Position numbers and translations under genes: made by a program
Assembly: GCA_022574315.1 (NCBI GenBank)
Contig: JACZSH010000002.1
Span: forward strand, 1 to 34,015
From: Chloroflexota bacterium
GTDB taxonomy: Bacteria; Chloroflexota; Dehalococcoidia; Dehalococcoidales; RBG-16-60-22
Length of the DNA: 34,015 nt
Direction of reading: 5' to 3'
Notes under the pieces: generated by a model
What the model saw: the letters and a program-made list of their open reading frames with translations, nothing else
Database searches by the model: none
What the model was told of the DNA's origin: nothing
In this document: positions 11,194 to 20,605 of the stretch, in pieces
How positions within the stretch are numbered: position 1 is the stretch's first letter
Layout: each line of letters starts with the position of its first letter

Positions 11194-11505
11194 CTAGTCG
11201 ATTACCTCGTTGCACGCGCGGCATACCCTGACTTTCCGGCCATCATCCAGGAAAGTAAAACCGGTGCGTACCGGGTGGTTGCATTTGTCGCAGAGTAGCA
11301 TCACGTTGGACGCTCTAATCGGTGCTTCCAGGTCGATAATGCCGGCCTGCCTCGCCTTTCCCTTTGTCCGGGAGTGCTTTTTAATAAAATTAATCCCATC
11401 TACCAGCACTTTCTTATCCTTGGGGTAAGCGAGACGCACCTTGCCCTTTTTACCTTTATCCTTGCCCGTAATGACCAGTATCGTGTCGTTCTTTCTAATT
11501 TTCAC
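11194..11505 (-). CDS. rplX: 50S ribosomal protein uL24 with C-terminal Cys4 ribbon
   Basis: 103 aa. KOW motif IRKNDTILVITGKDKGKKGKV. C-terminal C-x2-C-x19-C-x2-C (CDKC...CRAC). Confidence 0.96.
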   Translation of the reverse strand: MKIRKNDTILVITGKDKGKKGKVRLAYPKDKKVLVDGINFIKKHSRTKGKARQAGIIDLEAPIRASNVMLLCDKCNHPVRTGFTFLDDGRKVRVCRACNEVID

Positions 11506-11517
11506 AGCTAGCTTTCC

Positions 11518-11886
11518 TTACAAAACTTCCGGTGCCAGGGAGATAATCTTGGTAAAATCCTTGTCCCTCAGTTCCCGGGCTACCGGCCCGAATATTCGGG
11601 TGCCTTTCGGATTATTCTTTTCGGTCAGGATTACGGCGGCGTTTTCATCAAACCGGATATAGGAGCCGTCGGGGCGCCGGTAGGGGTGGCGGGTGCGGAC
11701 GATAACCGCCCTGACTACGTCTCCCTTTTTGGTGGTAGACCCGGGGATGGCTCGCTTTACTGAGGCCACGATAATATCGCCCACGCGGGCGTATCTTTTC
11801 CCGGTGCCTCCCGGTACGTTGATGCACATAATTATCCGGGCACCGGTATTATCAGCCGCTTTAAGTCTGGAATACGTTTGAATCAT
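11518..11886 (-). CDS. rplN: 50S ribosomal protein uL14
   Basis: 122 aa. [24 protein letters not shown]. Confidence 0.97.
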   Translation of the reverse strand: MIQTYSRLKAADNTGARIIMCINVPGGTGKRYARVGDIIVASVKRAIPGSTTKKGDVVRAVIVRTRHPYRRPDGSYIRFDENAAVILTEKNNPKGTRIFGPVARELRDKDFTKIISLAPEVL

Positions 11887-11904
11887 GTTATTTCACCCTG
11901 TATC

Positions 11905-12186
11905 TTAGGTTATTTCAGCGGGCTTAACCTCCGCCACTTCGCCTTTGGTAATAATCTCGGCCACCCGCCATCGCTTGTGTCGGGAGAGCGGGCGTGTTTC
12001 CATGATTTTGACCACGTCACCCGGTTGGCACTGGTTCTTCTCATCGTGGGCTTTGTATTTGACATCCCGGTTAATCGTCTTTTTGTAGAGCGTATAGCGT
12101 TTGGGGGTCTCTACCGCCACCACCACCGTTTTGTCCATCCGGTTATTAACGACGCGGCCGATTCTGCTTTTTCGCTTTTCTTTCAT
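11905..12186 (-). CDS. rpsQ: 30S ribosomal protein uS17
   Basis: 93 aa. [17 protein letters not shown]...[30 protein letters not shown]. Confidence 0.96.
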   Translation of the reverse strand: MKEKRKSRIGRVVNNRMDKTVVVAVETPKRYTLYKKTINRDVKYKAHDEKNQCQPGDVVKIMETRPLSRHKRWRVAEIITKGEVAEVKPAEIT

Positions 12187-12190
12187 AATT

Positions 12191-12388
12191 CTACCTTATC
12201 CCCAGCTCTTTCTCCCTGATTATGGTCATCAGCCGGGCGATCTTCTTCTTTACCATTGGGTATTCCCGGTGGTTTACCAGCTGCTTGGTGCTCAGGCGAA
12301 AACGCAGGTTGAGCAGCTCCTGCCGGGCCTCATCCAGTTGCTTCGCCAGATCCGCCGGTTTCAATGCTCGAAACTCATCGACCTTCAA
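12191..12388 (-). CDS. rpmC: 50S ribosomal protein uL29
   Basis: 65 aa. [22 protein letters not shown]. Confidence 0.94.
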   Translation of the reverse strand: MKVDEFRALKPADLAKQLDEARQELLNLRFRLSTKQLVNHREYPMVKKKIARLMTIIREKELGIR

Positions 12389-12389
12389 T

Positions 12390-12842
12390 TCAAGCTAGCT
12401 CCTTTTTCATTGCTTCAGCGCCGATAACTGAGACGGTTTCCCTGACCACGAACTTGGTTGGAATGGGTAGTTTATGGGCGGCCAGACGTAGCGCCTCTTT
12501 AGCTGTTTCTTCCTTCACCCCCGCCATTTCAAACATGATCCGGCCCGGTTTAACCACGGCTACCCAGTGGTCCGGGGCGCCTTTGCCGCTGCCCATGCGG
12601 GTCTCCGCCGGCTTTTTGGTCACCGGTTTATCCGGGAAAATACGTATCCAGACCTTTCCGCCGCGCCGGATATGGCGGGTGATGGCGCGTCGCGCGGCTT
12701 CAATCTGCGCACCCGTAATCCAGGCCGACTGCAACGCCTGCAGACCGAAGTCACCGAACGTCGTGGTGTTACCCGACTGGGCTCTGCCCCGGCGGTGTCC
12801 CTTATGCGATTTACGGAATTTTACCCGTTTCGGTTGCAGCAT
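12390..12842 (-). CDS. rplP: 50S ribosomal protein uL16
   Basis: 150 aa. [21 protein letters not shown]...FGDFGLQAL...[15 protein letters not shown]. Confidence 0.97.
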   Translation of the reverse strand: MLQPKRVKFRKSHKGHRRGRAQSGNTTTFGDFGLQALQSAWITGAQIEAARRAITRHIRRGGKVWIRIFPDKPVTKKPAETRMGSGKGAPDHWVAVVKPGRIMFEMAGVKEETAKEALRLAAHKLPIPTKFVVRETVSVIGAEAMKKELA

Positions 12843-12843
12843 A

Positions 12844-13911
12844 TTATTCTTCTTTCTCCGTTACCTCGGAGGCTTCTCCGTCCGAAACCGCCTTGGCCTT
12901 TTTCCTGGCCACCGTTTTAGCTGGTTTCTCTTTTGCCTTTATCTCTTCCGGTGCCGTGCTGACGGCCGCCTTAATCCTCTTTCTCGCCGCCGGCTTGGCC
13001 GGTTTTGCTTCTTCTTTCACTTCCGCCGCTGCTTCGGTTAACGGCTCCTCCGCCTTCTCTTCCGGTTCTGTGATGACGGCCGCCTTAACCTTCTTTCTCG
13101 CCGTCGGTTTGGCCGGTTTTGCTTCTTCTTTCACCGCCGCCGCCGGTGCTACCGCTGCTTCGGTTAACGGCTCCTCGGTTTTGGCTGTCACCTCGACCTC
13201 TGTCGGAACTCCGGCTTCTGCTTCTACTGCTGCCGTACTGACGGCCGGTTCTATCTCCGCTTCCTCCACCTCCACCGCCTTGGGTTCGGGTAGTATTTCA
13301 CCCTTGTATATCCATACTTTCACCCCGATTCGACCCAGCGTCGTCTTGGCTTCGGTAACTCCGTAATCAATATCCGCCCTCAAAGTGTGCAGCGGTACCT
13401 GTCCCTGGTGCATAGTCTGGCGGCGGGCTATTTCCGCGTCACCCAGCCTGCCGGAACAGGTGACTCTTATTCCCTTGGCGCCGGCCTGAAGGCTGCGGAA
13501 AATCGCCTGCTTTATCGCCCTGCGATAGGCGATGCGCCGCTGTATCTGTTCCGCGATGGTTTTTGCGACCAGGGTGGCATCAAGCTCTGGTTGCCTTATC
13601 TCCCGGATGTTCAATCGGACTCTCTTCCCGATAAGTTTTTCCAGATATCGACTCAGTTCATCCACCCTCTGTCCGCCCCGCCCGATGACGATACCCGGTC
13701 GGGCGGTATGAATGGACACCGACACCTCTTTTGCCTGGCGCTCAATCTCCACCAGGGAAATGGCGGCGTCGGCATATTTCGACTGAATTGCCTGGCGGAG
13801 TTTCAGGTCTTCCTTCAGAAACTCGGCATAGTGCGTGTCGGCGTACCATCTCGCCTGCCAGTCCTGAATAATACCAAGTCTAAAACCTAACGGATGAACC
13901 TTACGTCCCAA
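12844..13911 (-). CDS. rpsC: 30S ribosomal protein uS3 with a ~145-aa low-complexity C-terminal extension
   Basis: 355 aa. Residues 1-~209 are a canonical uS3 ([20 protein letters not shown] domain [21 protein letters not shown], ..[12 protein letters not shown]). Residues ~210-355 are Ala/Glu/Lys/Pro-rich. Confidence 0.96.
   Translation of the reverse strand: MGRKVHPLGFRLGIIQDWQARWYADTHYAEFLKEDLKLRQAIQSKYADAAISLVEIERQAKEVSVSIHTARPGIVIGRGGQRVDELSRYLEKLIGKRVRLNIREIRQPELDATLVAKTIAEQIQRRIAYRRAIKQAIFRSLQAGAKGIRVTCSGRLGDAEIARRQTMHQGQVPLHTLRADIDYGVTEAKTTLGRIGVKVWIYKGEILPEPKAVEVEEAEIEPAVSTAAVEAEAGVPTEVEVTAKTEEPLTEAAVAPAAAVKEEAKPAKPTARKKVKAAVITEPEEKAEEPLTEAAAEVKEEAKPAKPAARKRIKAAVSTAPEEIKAKEKPAKTVARKKAKAVSDGEASEVTEKEE
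12943..13176 (-). repeat. In-frame tandem direct repeat (period ~114 nt / 38 aa) inside the rpsC tail
   Basis: 12961-13050 and 13075-13172 are near-identical at DNA level (gacggccgccttaa[tc]c[ct]tctttctcgccg[ct]cgg[ct]ttggccggttttgcttcttctttcac...gctgcttcggttaacggctcctc). The second copy carries a 12-nt insertion. They encode [18 protein letters not shown][TA]ARK[KR][VI]KAAV[IS]T.PEE twice. A degenerate third copy ([18 protein letters not shown]) follows. Confidence 0.85.
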
Positions 13912-14251
13912 TTAACCCTCCCTGCTCGGCGACGATGACTGTAATATGGCTGGACCGCTTTTTGATTGGGCTGACGCGCCCCCTGGAGCGAGGACGGAAC
14001 CTCTTTAGCATCGGAGCTTCATCGGCAAAAATGCTGACAATCTTAAGCTCAGAAGGCGTCATCTGATAGTTATTCTCCGCGTTTGACGCCGCTGATTTTA
14101 CCAGCTTGGCAATGACCTTAGCCTTTGGCGTTGGGGTAAACTTGAGTATGGTTAATGCCTCGTCAACCATCTTCCCCCGTACCATATTCACCAGCGGCCG
14201 CACCTTGCTAGCCGATAGACCGGTATTTTTGGCAACTGCTTTTACGTCCAT
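13901..14251 (-). CDS. rplV: 50S ribosomal protein uL22
   Basis: 116 aa. SASKVRPLVNMVRGKMVDEALTILKFTP. 11-nt overlap with rpsC. Confidence 0.96.
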   Translation of the reverse strand: MDVKAVAKNTGLSASKVRPLVNMVRGKMVDEALTILKFTPTPKAKVIAKLVKSAASNAENNYQMTPSELKIVSIFADEAPMLKRFRPRSRGRVSPIKKRSSHITVIVAEQGGLIGT

Positions 14252-14275
14252 CTGTCTTCCTGTCTCAGTAATCTC

Positions 14276-14563
14276 TTATCTTCTTGCCTGGCTTGTTCTC
14301 TCCGATTTTGAAACGTGTCCCCGGAAAGTTCTCGTTGGGGCAAACTCGCCTAACTTATGCCCCACCATGTTTTCGGTTATAAAAATAGGCAAATGTCTCC
14401 TGCCGTCATGCACGCCAATGGTCAACCCTATCATCTGGGGCAGAATGGTGGAAGAACGCGACCATGTTTTAATAACCGCTTTCTGACCGGAGCGAATAAC
14501 CGCATCCACTTTTTTCAGTAGCTTGGCTTCGATAAATGGTCCCTTTTTAATTGACCTTGACAT
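14276..14563 (-). CDS. rpsS: 30S ribosomal protein uS19
   Basis: 95 aa. [11 protein letters not shown]...[31 protein letters not shown]. Confidence 0.97.
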   Translation of the reverse strand: MSRSIKKGPFIEAKLLKKVDAVIRSGQKAVIKTWSRSSTILPQMIGLTIGVHDGRRHLPIFITENMVGHKLGEFAPTRTFRGHVSKSERTSQARR

Positions 14564-14572
14564 ATTACCCCT

Positions 14573-15403
14573 TTACTTGCTCTTTCTGCGCCTGACAATC
14601 ATTTTATCGGACGATTTTGGCTTGCGTGTTCGGTAACCCAGCGCCGGTTTACCCCAGGGTGTTTTCGGCCCGGGCATACCTATCGGACTTCTGCCTTCAC
14701 CGCCACCGTGCGGGTGGTCGCGGGGTGACATTGCCGAACCGCGTACCGTGGGCCGCCAGCCCATCAGGCGCCTGCGACCCGCCTTGCCCAGTTTGATGTT
14801 CTGGTGGTCAACGTTCCCCACCTGCCCGATAGTGGCCATGCACTCGGCACGGATCCGCCGCGTCTCGCCGGAGTCCAGTCTCACCAGAACGTAGTCCCCT
14901 TCTTTTACCATCAGCTGTGCGGCGGCTCCGGCGCTTCTTGCCAGCTTGCCGCCGCCCCCGCGGTTAAGTTCGATATTATGTATCTGGGTGCCGCCCGGGA
15001 TTAGCTTCAGGGGCAAAGCATTGCCCGTCTTCGGTTCGGCTTCGGGGCCTGATTTTACGGTATCATCTACATTGAGCCCCACCGGTGCCAGGATATACCG
15101 CTTTTCTCCGTCGGCATAAAAGATAAGGGCGATGCGTGCTGAGCGGTTGGGGTCATACTCAATGCTCGCCACCCGTCCCGGGACGCCCAGTTTATCTCGC
15201 TTAAAGTCAATCAGGCGCAGCATGCGCTTGGCGCCGCCGCCGCGGTGGCGGACGGTTATCCTCCCCTGGTTGTTGCGCCCAGCCCGTTTCTTCTGCGGAG
15301 AAATCAGCGATTTTTCCGGCTTGCTCTTGGTTATTTCCTCAAAAGAGTAGCCGCTCATCCACCGTCGGCCGGCAGAAGTTGGACGATATGTCTTTAAAGC
15401 CAC
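14573..15403 (-). CDS. rplB: 50S ribosomal protein uL2
   Basis: 276 aa. [34 protein letters not shown]. Confidence 0.97.
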   Translation of the reverse strand: MALKTYRPTSAGRRWMSGYSFEEITKSKPEKSLISPQKKRAGRNNQGRITVRHRGGGAKRMLRLIDFKRDKLGVPGRVASIEYDPNRSARIALIFYADGEKRYILAPVGLNVDDTVKSGPEAEPKTGNALPLKLIPGGTQIHNIELNRGGGGKLARSAGAAAQLMVKEGDYVLVRLDSGETRRIRAECMATIGQVGNVDHQNIKLGKAGRRRLMGWRPTVRGSAMSPRDHPHGGGEGRSPIGMPGPKTPWGKPALGYRTRKPKSSDKMIVRRRKSK

Positions 15404-15425
15404 TCAGTTTCCCCCTTCATCGGTT

Positions 15426-15710
15426 TTAAACACCTTCAAAAATCTCTATCTTATCCCCCGCCTTGAGGGTAACAATGGCCTTTTTCCAGGAGCGGGTCTG
15501 CACCATTCGCCGGCCCACCCTTTTCGTCTTGCCGGGCACCGTGCTTACGTTCACCGTGGTCACCTTAACCTTGAACGTTTTTTCCACCGCCTGTTTTACC
15601 TGAGGCTTGTTGGCCTCCTTGGCAATCTCAAAAGCGTATTTATTCAGCGCCTGCAAGATGGTATTCTTCTCGGTTATCAGCGGGCGGACCAGTACGTTAT
15701 ACAGCTGCAT
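15426..15710 (-). CDS. rplW: 50S ribosomal protein uL23
   Basis: 94 aa. VRPLITEKNT...FEIAKEANKPQVKQAVEKTFKVKVTTVNV. Confidence 0.95.
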   Translation of the reverse strand: MQLYNVLVRPLITEKNTILQALNKYAFEIAKEANKPQVKQAVEKTFKVKVTTVNVSTVPGKTKRVGRRMVQTRSWKKAIVTLKAGDKIEIFEGV

Positions 15711-16353
15711 TATTCACCTCTTCCTCTTTTTTATCCCCCCAGAGCTGCTCCGCTGTACGCACCGCTTCCACCGTCATCAACAGTATCCGGTGGGAAAGCA
15801 GGTCCACCACGTTCAATATATTTGCCGGCAGCGTCTTTATCTTTTGCAGGTTACGCGCCGATTTAATAACGTTTTCTTCCGGTTTGGCGGTCACTATCAG
15901 GGCTGACGATTTTATCCCGAGAGCGCCCAGGATTTCCGCCATCTGCTTCGTCTTTGGCGCCTCCAGCGCCAGGCTTTCCAGGACAATTAGTTCCTTTTCC
16001 TCCGTCTTGGCGGAAAGGACACACCTCAGGGCTAGCCGGCGCATCTTTTTCGGCATCGCCTGCGTGTAGCTCCTCGGGTGGGGACCGAAGATAATACCGC
16101 CTCCCCGCCGCAGCGGTGAACGCCGGCTTCCCGCCCGGGCATTGCCGGTTCCCTTCTGGCGGAACAGCTTGGCGCCGCTGGCGTTGACCTGTCCCCTGGT
16201 CTTGGTGGCGTGTGTTCCCTGGCGGGCGTTGGCTCGTTGCCGTACCATTGCCTGGTGTACCACGCTCTCGTTAAAAGGCTCTCTGAACACGCGGTCGCTT
16301 ATTTCGATGTGCCCGGTTACTTCTCCGGTCAGGTTATGGACTGGAATCTGCAC
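15697..16353 (-). CDS. rplD: 50S ribosomal protein uL4
   Basis: 218 aa. RQGTHATKTRGQVNASGAKLFRQKGTGNARAGSRRSPLRRGGGIIFGPHPRSY. Confidence 0.96.
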   Translation of the reverse strand: MQIPVHNLTGEVTGHIEISDRVFREPFNESVVHQAMVRQRANARQGTHATKTRGQVNASGAKLFRQKGTGNARAGSRRSPLRRGGGIIFGPHPRSYTQAMPKKMRRLALRCVLSAKTEEKELIVLESLALEAPKTKQMAEILGALGIKSSALIVTAKPEENVIKSARNLQKIKTLPANILNVVDLLSHRILLMTVEAVRTAEQLWGDKKEEEVNNAAV

Positions 16354-16357
16354 TTCC

Positions 16358-16981
16358 TTACTTCCTCTTCCCAGACTTCTTTATCAGTACCAGACCGTTA
16401 ATACCGCCCGGCACCGCCCCCTTGACCAGCAGCAGGTTACGGTCGGGGTCTGCCCGGTAAACTTCCAGCTTACGTACGGTGGTTTGTTTATTACCCATGT
16501 GTCCCGCCATACGCGTCCCTTTGAAGACTCTGCCCGGTGATGTGCCGGCGCCTATGGAGCCTCCGGCGCGGTGTCGGTCGGACTGCCCGTGTGTTTTCGG
16601 CCCGCCCGCAAAATGGTGGCGTTTAACCACGCCGGCAAAACCCTTACCCTTGGATATGCCGGTCACGTCCACCAGGTCGCCGGTTTTGAACAGGCTCACG
16701 TCAATCGTCTGCCCGATTTCAACCGTCTCCCCGTCGCTCACTCCGGACTCTCTCAGGTACTTGAATTTGCCCTTGGCCGTCAGGTGTCCCCGCTTGGCCG
16801 TCTTGGCGCCTTTGGCTTCGCCAAAGCCAAGTTGAACGGCGTTATAGCCGTCTTTTTCGGTGTTTTTCACCTGGGTTATGGTACACGGCCCGGTCTTAAT
16901 GGCGGTAATCGCCGCTATCTTCCCGTCGTCCGCGTAGACCTGGGTCATGCCCAGTTTTATGCCTAAAATCTTTTCCGTCAT
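16358..16981 (-). CDS. rplC: 50S ribosomal protein uL3
   Basis: 207 aa. LGIKLGMTQV..., GKGFAGVVKRHHFAGGPKTHGQSDRHRAGGSIGAGTSPGRVFKGTRMAGHMG. Confidence 0.97.
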   Translation of the reverse strand: MTEKILGIKLGMTQVYADDGKIAAITAIKTGPCTITQVKNTEKDGYNAVQLGFGEAKGAKTAKRGHLTAKGKFKYLRESGVSDGETVEIGQTIDVSLFKTGDLVDVTGISKGKGFAGVVKRHHFAGGPKTHGQSDRHRAGGSIGAGTSPGRVFKGTRMAGHMGNKQTTVRKLEVYRADPDRNLLLVKGAVPGGINGLVLIKKSGKRK

Positions 16982-17007
16982 CTCTCTGGCTCTTCTTTTT
17001 TTAATCC

Positions 17008-17316
17008 TTACAGCTTGATATCTATTTCCACCCCGGCGGGTAAATTGAGCTTGGTTAATGAGTCTATCGTCTTGGAAGTTGTCTCCACAATGTCGATGAT
17101 ACGCTTGTGGGTTCGAATCTCGAACTGCTCCTGCGAGTCTTTGTCAATAAACGGGGAGCGGATGACACAGAACTTCTGGATGTGAGTCGGCAATGGCACC
17201 GGCCCAACCACAATCGCCCCCGTGCGCTCCACGGCTTCGACGATTTGTCCTGCGGACTGGTCAACCACCTTGTGGTCAAAACCCTTTAACTTGATGCGTA
17301 TCTTCTGTTTAGCCAT
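17008..17316 (-). CDS. rpsJ: 30S ribosomal protein uS10
   Basis: 102 aa. [41 protein letters not shown]. Confidence 0.97.
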   Translation of the reverse strand: MAKQKIRIKLKGFDHKVVDQSAGQIVEAVERTGAIVVGPVPLPTHIQKFCVIRSPFIDKDSQEQFEIRTHKRIIDIVETTSKTIDSLTKLNLPAGVEIDIKL

Positions 17317-17321
17317 ATTTT

Positions 17322-19436
17322 TTAACCTACCACTTTTTCACTAATTTTGTTGGCCAGGTCCCCCGGCAGTTCCTGGTAGCGCGCAAACTCCATGGAATGG
17401 GTGGCTCTACCCTGGGTCAGTGACCTGAGCCGGGTGGCGTAGCCGAACGTCTCTGACAGGGGTATGTAGCAGTGAACGATGAACGTATCGCCCTGCGTGT
17501 CAATCGTTTCGATGTGGCCTCTCTTGGCGTTGAGGTCACCGATGATATCACCCAGGAATTTCTCCGGGGTGACTACTTCCAGTTTCATAATCGGCTCCAG
17601 GAGGACCGGCCGGGCTTTGCTCATTCCCTTTTTCAGCGCCATGGAGCCGGCCATTTTGAAAGCCAGCTCTGAAGAGTCAACGTCATGGTAGCTGCCGTCA
17701 TAAAGGGTGACCTTGATATCTACCACCGGATAGCCGGCCATGATGCCGGTTTCCATGGCCTCTTTGATACCTGTCTGTACCGCGGGGATAAACTGTTTCG
17801 GTATCGTCGCGCCCTTAATCGCGTTGACAAACTGGAAACCATTGCCTCGCTCCATGGGCTCAAGCTCAATCAGAACATGGCCGTACTGGCCGTGTCCGCC
17901 CGTCTGCCGGGCGAATTTAGCTTCCGTTTTTACCGCCGTGCTGATGGTCTCCTTGTAAGCTACCTGCGGGGTACCCACGTTGGCTTTCACCCCGAACTCG
18001 CTGATGAGCCGGCTGGTGATAACTTCCAGGTGAAGCTCGCCCATGCCGGAGATAACGGTTTGCCCGGTCTCCCGGTTGTAGGTCACCTTGAAAGTAGGGT
18101 CCTCTTCGGTCAGCTTCTGCAGAGCGATGCCCATTTTGTCCTGGTCGCCTCTCGTCTTGGGTTCGATGGCGACCGAGATTACCGGCTCGGGGAAACGGAT
18201 TGATTCCAGCAGCACCGGCTGTGAAACGGAGCATAAAGTGTCGCCGGTAAAAGTATTCTTCAACCCCAGCGTGGCAACGATACTGCCCGTATCGGCTTCC
18301 TCCACCTCTTCCCGTCGGTTGGCATGCATCAGGAGCAGCCGGCCGATACGTTCCTTTTTATTCTGGGAGGGGTTGAAGACCTGGTCCCCCACCGTTACTC
18401 TGCCGGAATAAACCCGGAAATAGACCAGCCGACCCACGAAAGGGTCGGAAACTACCTTGAATGCCAGCGCGGCAAAAGGAGCCTCGTCACTCGCCGGACG
18501 GGTCACGTCGGTCCCGTGCCGCCCATCGATAGCGTGTATCGGCGGCATATCCAGTGGGGAAGGCAAGTAGCTGACAATTGCGTCCAGCAGTAGCTGGATA
18601 CCTTTATTTCTCAAGGCGCTGCCGCAGAGGATGGGCACCCCTTTACTGGCTAACGTGGCTCGTCTTAGGGCTTGTTTAAGCTGTGAAGGGGAAACACTTG
18701 TTCCTTCAATATAGGCTTCCATCATATCATCATCAATTTCGGCCAGCTTCTCAATCAGCAGTTGGCGAAATTCGGTGAAGTTCGCTTGTTCTGACTCCGG
18801 TATCGCTATCTTTTCCGGTTCCGAGTCGGGGTCTCCGCTGAAGTACCACGCCTGGCTCTCCACCAGGTCGATAACCCCCCGGAAAGTCTCTTCGCTGCCC
18901 AGCGGTATCTGCACCGGCAGGTACCGGGCGCCCAGTCGCTGTTCAATCATCTCCAGGGTACGTCGGAAATTGGCGCCCACCCGGTCCATTTTATTGATAA
19001 AACAGATTCTGGGTACGTGGTAGCGGTCGGCCTGGCGCCATACCGTCTCCGATTGCGCTTCCACTCCGGCCACACCGTCAAAGATCACCACCCCGCCGTC
19101 CAGTACCCTCAGGCTGCGCTCCACCTCGGCGGTAAAGTCAACGTGTCCCGGCGTATCGATAATGTTAATGCGGTGGTCATCCCAGTCGCAGGTGGTCGCC
19201 GCCGCCGTTATGGTGATACCGCGTTCCTTCTCCTGCTCCATCCAGTCCATTACCGCGGTGCCGTCGTGTACCTCGCCTATCTTGTAAGTGCGCCCCGTAT
19301 AATAGAGTATCCGCTCGGTGACCGTAGTCTTACCGGCGTCAATGTGAGCAATGATACCTATATTTCTGATTCTCTCTAAGGGAAGATTTCTAGGCACCGC
19401 TCTGGCCTCAACTAGTACTTGGTTTTTTGTCATCAT
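17322..19436 (-). CDS. fusA: Elongation factor G
   Basis: 704 aa. G1 [18 protein letters not shown], and domain IV/V blocks. The first 13 codons are AT-rich and lack an SD. GTG at 19395-19397 (after GAGG, 7-nt spacer) would give the usual ~10 residues before RNIGI, so the true start may be 19397. Confidence 0.95.
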   Translation of the reverse strand: MMTKNQVLVEARAVPRNLPLERIRNIGIIAHIDAGKTTVTERILYYTGRTYKIGEVHDGTAVMDWMEQEKERGITITAAATTCDWDDHRINIIDTPGHVDFTAEVERSLRVLDGGVVIFDGVAGVEAQSETVWRQADRYHVPRICFINKMDRVGANFRRTLEMIEQRLGARYLPVQIPLGSEETFRGVIDLVESQAWYFSGDPDSEPEKIAIPESEQANFTEFRQLLIEKLAEIDDDMMEAYIEGTSVSPSQLKQALRRATLASKGVPILCGSALRNKGIQLLLDAIVSYLPSPLDMPPIHAIDGRHGTDVTRPASDEAPFAALAFKVVSDPFVGRLVYFRVYSGRVTVGDQVFNPSQNKKERIGRLLLMHANRREEVEEADTGSIVATLGLKNTFTGDTLCSVSQPVLLESIRFPEPVISVAIEPKTRGDQDKMGIALQKLTEEDPTFKVTYNRETGQTVISGMGELHLEVITSRLISEFGVKANVGTPQVAYKETISTAVKTEAKFARQTGGHGQYGHVLIELEPMERGNGFQFVNAIKGATIPKQFIPAVQTGIKEAMETGIMAGYPVVDIKVTLYDGSYHDVDSSELAFKMAGSMALKKGMSKARPVLLEPIMKLEVVTPEKFLGDIIGDLNAKRGHIETIDTQGDTFIVHCYIPLSETFGYATRLRSLTQGRATHSMEFARYQELPGDLANKISEKVVG

Positions 19437-19459
19437 ATTGAAACTAATCTAGTAACCTC

Positions 19460-19930
19460 TCACCATCGGTAGTGGGCAAAGGCACGGTTGGCCTCCGCCA
19501 TTCGGTGGGTGTCCTCACGCCTCTTGATAGTGGTTCCTTCTCCTCGCCAGGCATCGGTTAACTCGGCGGCCAGCCTGTCCGTCATTGACTTGCCTTTCCG
19601 GTCTCTGGCCGATTTAAGCAGCCAGCGTATCGCCAGAAAAAGACCACGCTCCGGCTGGACTTCCACCGGTACTTGGTAGGTGGCGCCCCCTACGCGCCGC
19701 GGTTTGACCTCCAGCAGGGGAGTGGCGTTTTTCACCGCCTGTTCTAAAGCCGTAACCGCATCTTTTGATACCTGCTGTTCCAGTCGTTGCAGGGCTTCAT
19801 AAACAATTCTTTCCGCCGTCCTCTTCTTCCCTTGCGTCATTACCTTGTTCACAACCTTGGCTACGGTGACGCTGTGGTACCTGGCGTCAGGGGCTATTTC
19901 TCTTTTTGTTGCTCGGGCTCTTCTTGGCAT
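19460..19930 (-). CDS. rpsG: 30S ribosomal protein uS7
   Basis: 156 aa. MPRRARATKREIAPD... ends ANRAFAHYRW. Confidence 0.97.
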   Translation of the reverse strand: MPRRARATKREIAPDARYHSVTVAKVVNKVMTQGKKRTAERIVYEALQRLEQQVSKDAVTALEQAVKNATPLLEVKPRRVGGATYQVPVEVQPERGLFLAIRWLLKSARDRKGKSMTDRLAAELTDAWRGEGTTIKRREDTHRMAEANRAFAHYRW

Positions 19931-19953
19931 TCTGGGCTCCTGTTATTAGGCAA

Positions 19954-20376
19954 TTATCGTTTTTCTTTGACCATCTTGCTTCCGTACTTGCTGCGACCCT
20001 GCTTGCGATTGGCCACCCCGCTGGTGTCCAGAGCTCCTCGGATGATGTGGTAACGTACGCCGGGCAGGTCCTTCACCCTTCCGCCGCGAATCAGCACCAC
20101 CGAGTGCTCCTGTAGTTCGTGCCCTTCGCCGGGAATGTAGGCGGTTACTTCCATCATATTGGTCAGCCTCACCCGAGCGATTTTCCGCAGTGCCGAGTTA
20201 GGCTTTTTGGGGGTGGTTGTCTTGACCTGCGTGCATACCCCTCGCTTTTGCGGTGAGCCTTTGCCCTCGACCAACCGGTTCTTCAGCGCGTTGAAAGTAA
20301 AGCGCAGCGCCGGCGATTTGGTCTTCTTGATGACCTTTTTCCGCCCTTTTCTGATGAGCTGGTTAATAGTCGGCAA
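19954..20376 (-). CDS. rpsL: 30S ribosomal protein uS12
   Basis: 140 aa from TTG (caa 20374-20376): (M)[13 protein letters not shown].., preceded by AGGAGGAG at 4-nt spacing. The track's 159-aa ORF (to 20433) adds 19 non-homologous residues that overlap a leader hairpin. Confidence 0.93.
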   Translation of the reverse strand: MPTINQLIRKGRKKVIKKTKSPALRFTFNALKNRLVEGKGSPQKRGVCTQVKTTTPKKPNSALRKIARVRLTNMMEVTAYIPGEGHELQEHSVVLIRGGRVKDLPGVRYHIIRGALDTSGVANRKQGRSKYGSKMVKEKR

Positions 20377-20499
20377 TTGTCTCCTCCTGCCCCACAATTT
20401 AATGGATGAGCCTTGGCTCATCCAACAAAACATTAGCCATAGATGCCAGCTTCTGCTTCAGTCTATCGGCTAATTCTGCGTACCGGACACTAAGAATCA

Positions 20500-20529
20500 A
20501 GTATACTATATCAGCCATTGGGATGTCAA
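20500..20529 (-). promoter_or_regulatory. Sigma70-type promoter for the rpsL/ribosomal cluster
   Basis: Minus strand reads TTGACA (20524-20529), an 18-nt spacer, then TATACT (20500-20505). It lies in the only sizeable non-coding gap upstream of rpsL and predicts a ~115-nt leader. Confidence 0.6.
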
Positions 20530-20605
20530 CACTTTATACTCACCCGTAATCACTGGGTTGATAAAAGCGTCCGGTTACCGGGGTGCCATCGCTTTTAGTA
20601 TTAGA

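Noticed and set aside
12364-13366. Plus-strand ORFs (225 aa, 157 aa) opposite rplP/rpsC, the latter Ala/Ser-rich and repetitive
   Set aside because: The repetitiveness is just the reverse-complement image of the uS3 tail repeat. The ribosomal genes on the other strand explain the open frames.
20377-20433. N-terminal extensions proposed by the ORF track (rpsL to 20433; infA to 5166; paralogue A to 31932; PTE-like to 33789)
   Set aside because: The extensions are not homologous to the respective families. They swallow the SD sequences and, for rpsL, a leader hairpin. Downstream starts have proper SD spacing and, for paralogue A, align exactly with paralogue B.
20563-20596. Possible terminator after the DHDPS-family gene (AAAAGCG ... 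CGCTTTT with an inner CCGG-TAA-CCGG)
   Set aside because: The GC part of the stem is only 3 bp, the internal loops are large, and the T-run is itself part of the stem. This is too weak to call. Transcription from the accessory operon may read into the rpsL promoter region.
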